Part shown: piece after piece, positions 59,625 through 64,000 of the stretch
Layout: the number at the start of each line of letters is the position of its first letter
How positions within the stretch are numbered: position 1 is the stretch's first letter
Assembly (NCBI RefSeq): GCF_030028105.1
Contig: NC_092397.1
Coordinates: forward strand, 36,733,097 to 36,797,096
From: Mobula birostris
Lineage: Eukaryota
DNA length: 64,000 nucleotides
Direction of reading: 5' to 3'
Made by a program: the position numbers and the translations under genes
The notes under the pieces: model-generated
Told to the model about the DNA's origin: nothing
Databases searched by the model: none
What the model saw: the letters and a program-made list of their open reading frames with translations, nothing else

Positions 59625-62600
59625 GATATGGTGCTTCCACGTCGGCTTATTATCAAGCCACATGCCATAAAATCTTACCACTGACACTTATTCAAGAGTT
59701 TGAACATATAATTTCAGATCAATTGCTATTGAGGATGATATGGATCAATAAAGAGGTCTATTGATCATCTTAGTAAAACACAAATGTATTTTAGCTTCTG
59801 AAAGCTTAAAACCCTGTCTATATTCCCACTGTTTGACTTTATTAATCACTAATCACATTCTTTATACAATTCAATTGAATTTTCTACCTCTGATCCATAA
59901 ATCTGCATCATCTGCAAAAAGTCATTTCCCCACCCCAGTACCTATCTCAGAAAAAAAATCACTAATCATAATATTAAACAATAAGGGGCTACAAATACTG
60001 TCTTATGGGGTCCCATTCTCTACCACATAGAAGCCCAAATATACCTTACGTATCCTTAACTGCCTGGAGCATACAAATAAAAAACTCAGAAAAAAATAAT
60101 GTAGCCTTCTTCTCACTCCACATTTCTATAATTTAATCCTTTCATAACACAAGATGTTTTTTTTCAATACAAAAATACTGCAATTACAACTTCTTTATTT
60201 ACAAGTGCTTTCCCAATATCATCTTCCGAATATAAAACTGAATCCAATGTCATTCTGCACTTTCAAAATCCACACTGATAAAATGCTACATCACCTCTCT
60301 TTTCCAAAATATAATTCATTAACTCTATTACCATACGTTCCGTAAGTTTACCGAAATGAGATGGGATGTTAATGATATTGGTCTATAATTAGAAGGATCC
60401 TGTGGGGATTTCCAGGTTTCGGAACAGGTACTACCATTTTCTATAAGGAGGAAATATGGTCTAAACTCCAAATATGATTCCAAATTGTTAATATTATCTC
60501 AAGAGTTGTAAGCTATTTGTTTAAACATACAATAACATATATCATCCTTTCCTACAGCCATCTGACTTGCACTGTTAATAGCTTTCTTACATTCACACAA
60601 ATAAACTCTACGTAACTAATACTATCATTGTTACAGCTGGCTTTCAACACATCAGTGTATTCACTTAAAACCTCATCTTGACATCATTTAGGCTCTTCAC
60701 TTAAATTATCTTGATTGTGACTTGCAGCAAATGACCAAGCCAGTAACTCAGCCTTCTCTATTTCAGTAGAGGGGGTACATTCAGATTGGAGGATCGTGAC
60801 TAGTGGTGTCCCACAAGGATCTGTTCTGGGACCTCTGCTTTTCCTGATTTTCATTGACGACCTGGATGTGGGGGTAGAAGGGTGGGTTGGCAAGTTTGCA
60901 GATGACACAAATGTTGGTGGTGTAGTAGATAGTGTAGAGGATTGTCAAAGATTGCAGAGAGACATTGGTAGGATGCAGAAGTGGGCTGAGAAGTGGCAGA
61001 TGGAGTTCAAGCCTGAGAAGTCTGAGGTGGTACACTTTGGAAGGACAAATTCCAAGGCAGAGTACAAAGTAAATGCCAGCATGCTTGGTAGCATGGAAGA
61101 GCAGAGGGATCTGGGGGTACATGTCCACAGATTCCCTGAAAGTTGCCTCACAGGTGGATAGGGTAGTTAAGAAAGCATATGGGGTGTTAGCTTTCATAAG
61201 TCCAGGGACAGAGTTTAAGAGTCACGATGTAATGATGCAGCTCTATATAACACTGGTTAGGCCACACTTGGAGTACTGTGTCCAGTTCTGGTCGCCTCAC
61301 TAGAGGAAGGATGTGGAAGCATTGGAAAGGGTACAGAGGAGATTTACCAGGATGCTGCCTGGTTTAGAGACTATGCATTATGATCAGAGATTGAGGGAGC
61401 TAGGGCTTTACTCTTTGGAGTGAAGGAGGATGAGAAGAGACATGATAGAGGTGTACAAGATAATAAAAGGAATAGATTGAATGGATAGCCAGCACCTCTT
61501 CCCCAGGGCACCACTGCTCAATACAAGAGGACATGTCTTTAAGGTAAGGGGTGGGAAGTTCAAGGGGGATATTAGAGGAAGGTTTTTTACTCAGAGAGTG
61601 GTTGGTGCGTGGAATGCACTGCCTGAGTCAGTGGTGGAGGCAGATACACTAGTGAGGTTTAAGAGACTACTAGACAGGTATATGGAGGAATTTAAGGTGG
61701 GGAGTTAAATAGAAGGCAGGGTTTGAGGGTCGGCACAATATTGTGGGCCGAATGGCCTGTACTGTGCTGTACTGTTCTATGTTCTATGTTCTAACAATCA
61801 CCTTCTTTAATCAATACTGGAATGTTATTAACCCGATGAACCCCACACCCCAATTTTCTGAATCATTCCCCAAACATCTCCAAGTTTAGTATCCTGTCCA
61901 ATACTATCAGAAGATGACCTCCAGTAAACCTCTTTCACAACCTTCACCACTTTCCTCACCATAGCTTGTACCCTTTCATACTTAATAAGGTCACTCAGAG
62001 AATGATAATTCTCAGCTCTCCCAAACACCTTATTTCTCTCCCTAATTCGCTCTGCACACTCCCCCATCCACCAAGGTGCAGTCTTCCTCCTATTAATGTC
62101 ATTTTTAACAGGCATCACTTCCACCGCAGTTTGATGAATAATGTGACATAATCATTCATTGCAGAAACCCATATCATCCTCAACATTCTCCCAGTTTGCT
62201 TCATCAAAATTCCACCTCCTAAGAACAGTCTCCTGCCCCCTATATAACTCCAAACCTAAGCTTATAAATATAGGAAAATAATCACTCCCCATTGTCTCCT
62301 CACCCATAACATCTCATTCAGTCACTCCAGCCAGAATGTTTGAAACAGGAGTTAAATTTACAGCAGTTTTCAGACGATTAGAAACATTACATTTCATACC
62401 CCTTCCATCATTAAAGCATACAAGATTGGAAATACCTGAACATTCTTCTACAATCAAACAGTTCCATGAATGACCCCACAGTGAACTGTGCATAAAAATC
62501 CCCAACCATACAACCCTTAGTGATCTAGAGTGACATATGCTTTCCAACAAATCAAGCAAAAGCTCTCCACAAGAGCTTTACCAATTTAGTAACCCTTCCT

Positions 62601-63200
62601 GTTGAATCAAATGCTTCTGCTACAAACACCTCATACACTTCATTCACATCCACAACTCTGTGTCCCGCCCCTTCCCATATTAAACATGCAACACCACCCC
62701 CTCTATCACCTAACCTATCATGCCATTTTACAATATAATTTCCTGTAAAGGAAATGCCGTAACAGCCCGGTTTCATATTGGGCCGATTTGATGAATCAGA
62801 AATAAACTTCCTAATGTCTTGACCATCGCATTTCTCTCATTCCACTGCAATATTCTTAATCCCATTCTGTACCTGCACAAAGAGACTGAAATACAGATAC
62901 CCCACCCATCAGAGCTTCTTTTACAGTTTCCCATGAAACACCAGTTATACCTAGATACCTTTCAGCAGCTTTCAGAATAATTTTAATTTTCTCAGTATGT
63001 CTAGATGACTGAACAGTACAATTCACCACATCCTTTATAAACATCACAAACTTCATTTCATTGACTAGTAAAGTATCTTTATTAATGGACCTGTGATGTG
63101 ACACATAGCCACTGACTTCATATTCTATCTGACTGGTTATACTTGATCAACATTTGTTTAACTTTGTTGCAAGGCCTCTGTTTAAGACACACCTAACTGT
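59625..63200 (-). mobile_element. Degenerate I-clade non-LTR retrotransposon (ORF1 end, APE, RT)
   Basis: DRLGDRGGGVA, KTAPWW, ENGTP..SI.SP and ADD remnants; paralog of 25425-27130. Confidence 0.7.
60765..61792 (+). mobile_element. 5'-truncated CR1 nested in the I-clade element
   Basis: GVPQGSVLGP, KFADD, HLEYCVQFW; (gttctat)n tail; host sequence resumes on both sides. Confidence 0.9.
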
Positions 63201-63249
63201 ACTTTAACCTGTTCAACCAGCTGCTTTCTTAAGTACTGTACTTCACATC

Positions 63250-64000
63250 CTTGTAACATGGTGTGAGCTGAATTATCTGCAGCTTAATGTGAAAAAGACA
63301 AAGGAGCTGGTGGTAGACCTGAGGAGAGCTAAGGCACCGGTGACCCCTGTTTCCATCCAGGGGGTCAGTGTGGACATGGTGGAGGATTACAAATACCTGG
63401 GGGTACAAATTGACAATAAACTGGACTGGTCAAAGAACACTGAGGCTGTCTACAAGAAGGGACAGAGCCATCTCTATTTCCTGAGAAGACTGAGGTTGTT
63501 TAACATCTGCCAGACAATGCTGAGGATGTTCTACAAGTCTGTGGTGGCCAGTGCTATTGTGTGCTGGGGCAGCAGGCTGGGTGTAGCAGACACCAACAGA
63601 ATCAACAAACTCATTTGTAACACCAGTGATGTTGTGGGGATGGAACTGGACTCTCTCACAGTGGTGTCTGAAAGGAGGATGCTGTCTAAGTTGCATGCCA
63701 TCTTGGACAATGTCTCCCATCCACTACATAATGGACTGGGTGGGCACAGGAGTACATTCAGCCAGAGACTCATTCCACCGAGATGCAACACTGAGCATCA
63801 TAGAAAGTCATTCCTGCCTGTGGCCATCAAACTTTACAACTCCTCCCATGGAGGGTCAGACACCCTGAGCCAATAGGCTGGTCCTGGACTTATTTCATAA
63901 TTTACTGGCATAATTTACATATTACTATTAAACTATTTATGGTTCTATTGCTATTTATTATTTATGGTGCAACTGTAACAAAAACCAATTTCCCCCAGGA
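63250..64000 (+). mobile_element. Rex1/Babar-type LINE 3' part (ORF 63289-63876)
   Basis: KTKELVVD, YKYLGV.ID.KLDW, LYFLRRLR.F and SHPLH motifs. Confidence 0.85.

Overview
Eukaryotic (vertebrate) genomic DNA, most likely a cartilaginous fish (ray/shark; inferred from the repeat families and histone sequences). The window is an eroding replication-dependent histone cluster. It has seven intact intronless genes with 3' stem-loop and HDE: H4+ 4288, H3+ 5277, H1- 7244, H2A- 17681, H2B- 18896, H2B- 28396, H4- 33434. It also has an H3 pseudogene, an orphan H4 3' end, orphan H2A and H4 promoters, and a decayed C2H2 zinc-finger gene. Most of the rest is nested transposable elements: young and old CR1 LINEs, Rex1/Babar LINEs, I-clade LINEs, a Tc1 IR/DR transposon and Penelope-like element fragments. 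The most notable signals are: (i) short, often hairpin-shaped Penelope-derived insertions carrying minimal hammerhead ribozymes, two with 12-bp TSDs; (ii) histone promoter architecture conserved to the base (H1 AC/TG boxes 354 bp apart; H2A CCAAT boxes spaced 24-19-24, kept even where the H2A gene is gone); (iii) an inverted H4 segmental duplication with a likely gene-conversion tract; (iv) a possible spliced transcript divergent from an H2B promoter; (v) an unexplained CpG-island promoter at about 53.6 kb. No CRISPR, tRNA or rRNA was seen. Boundaries of old repeats are approximate, and family calls are from motif recognition, not database searches.
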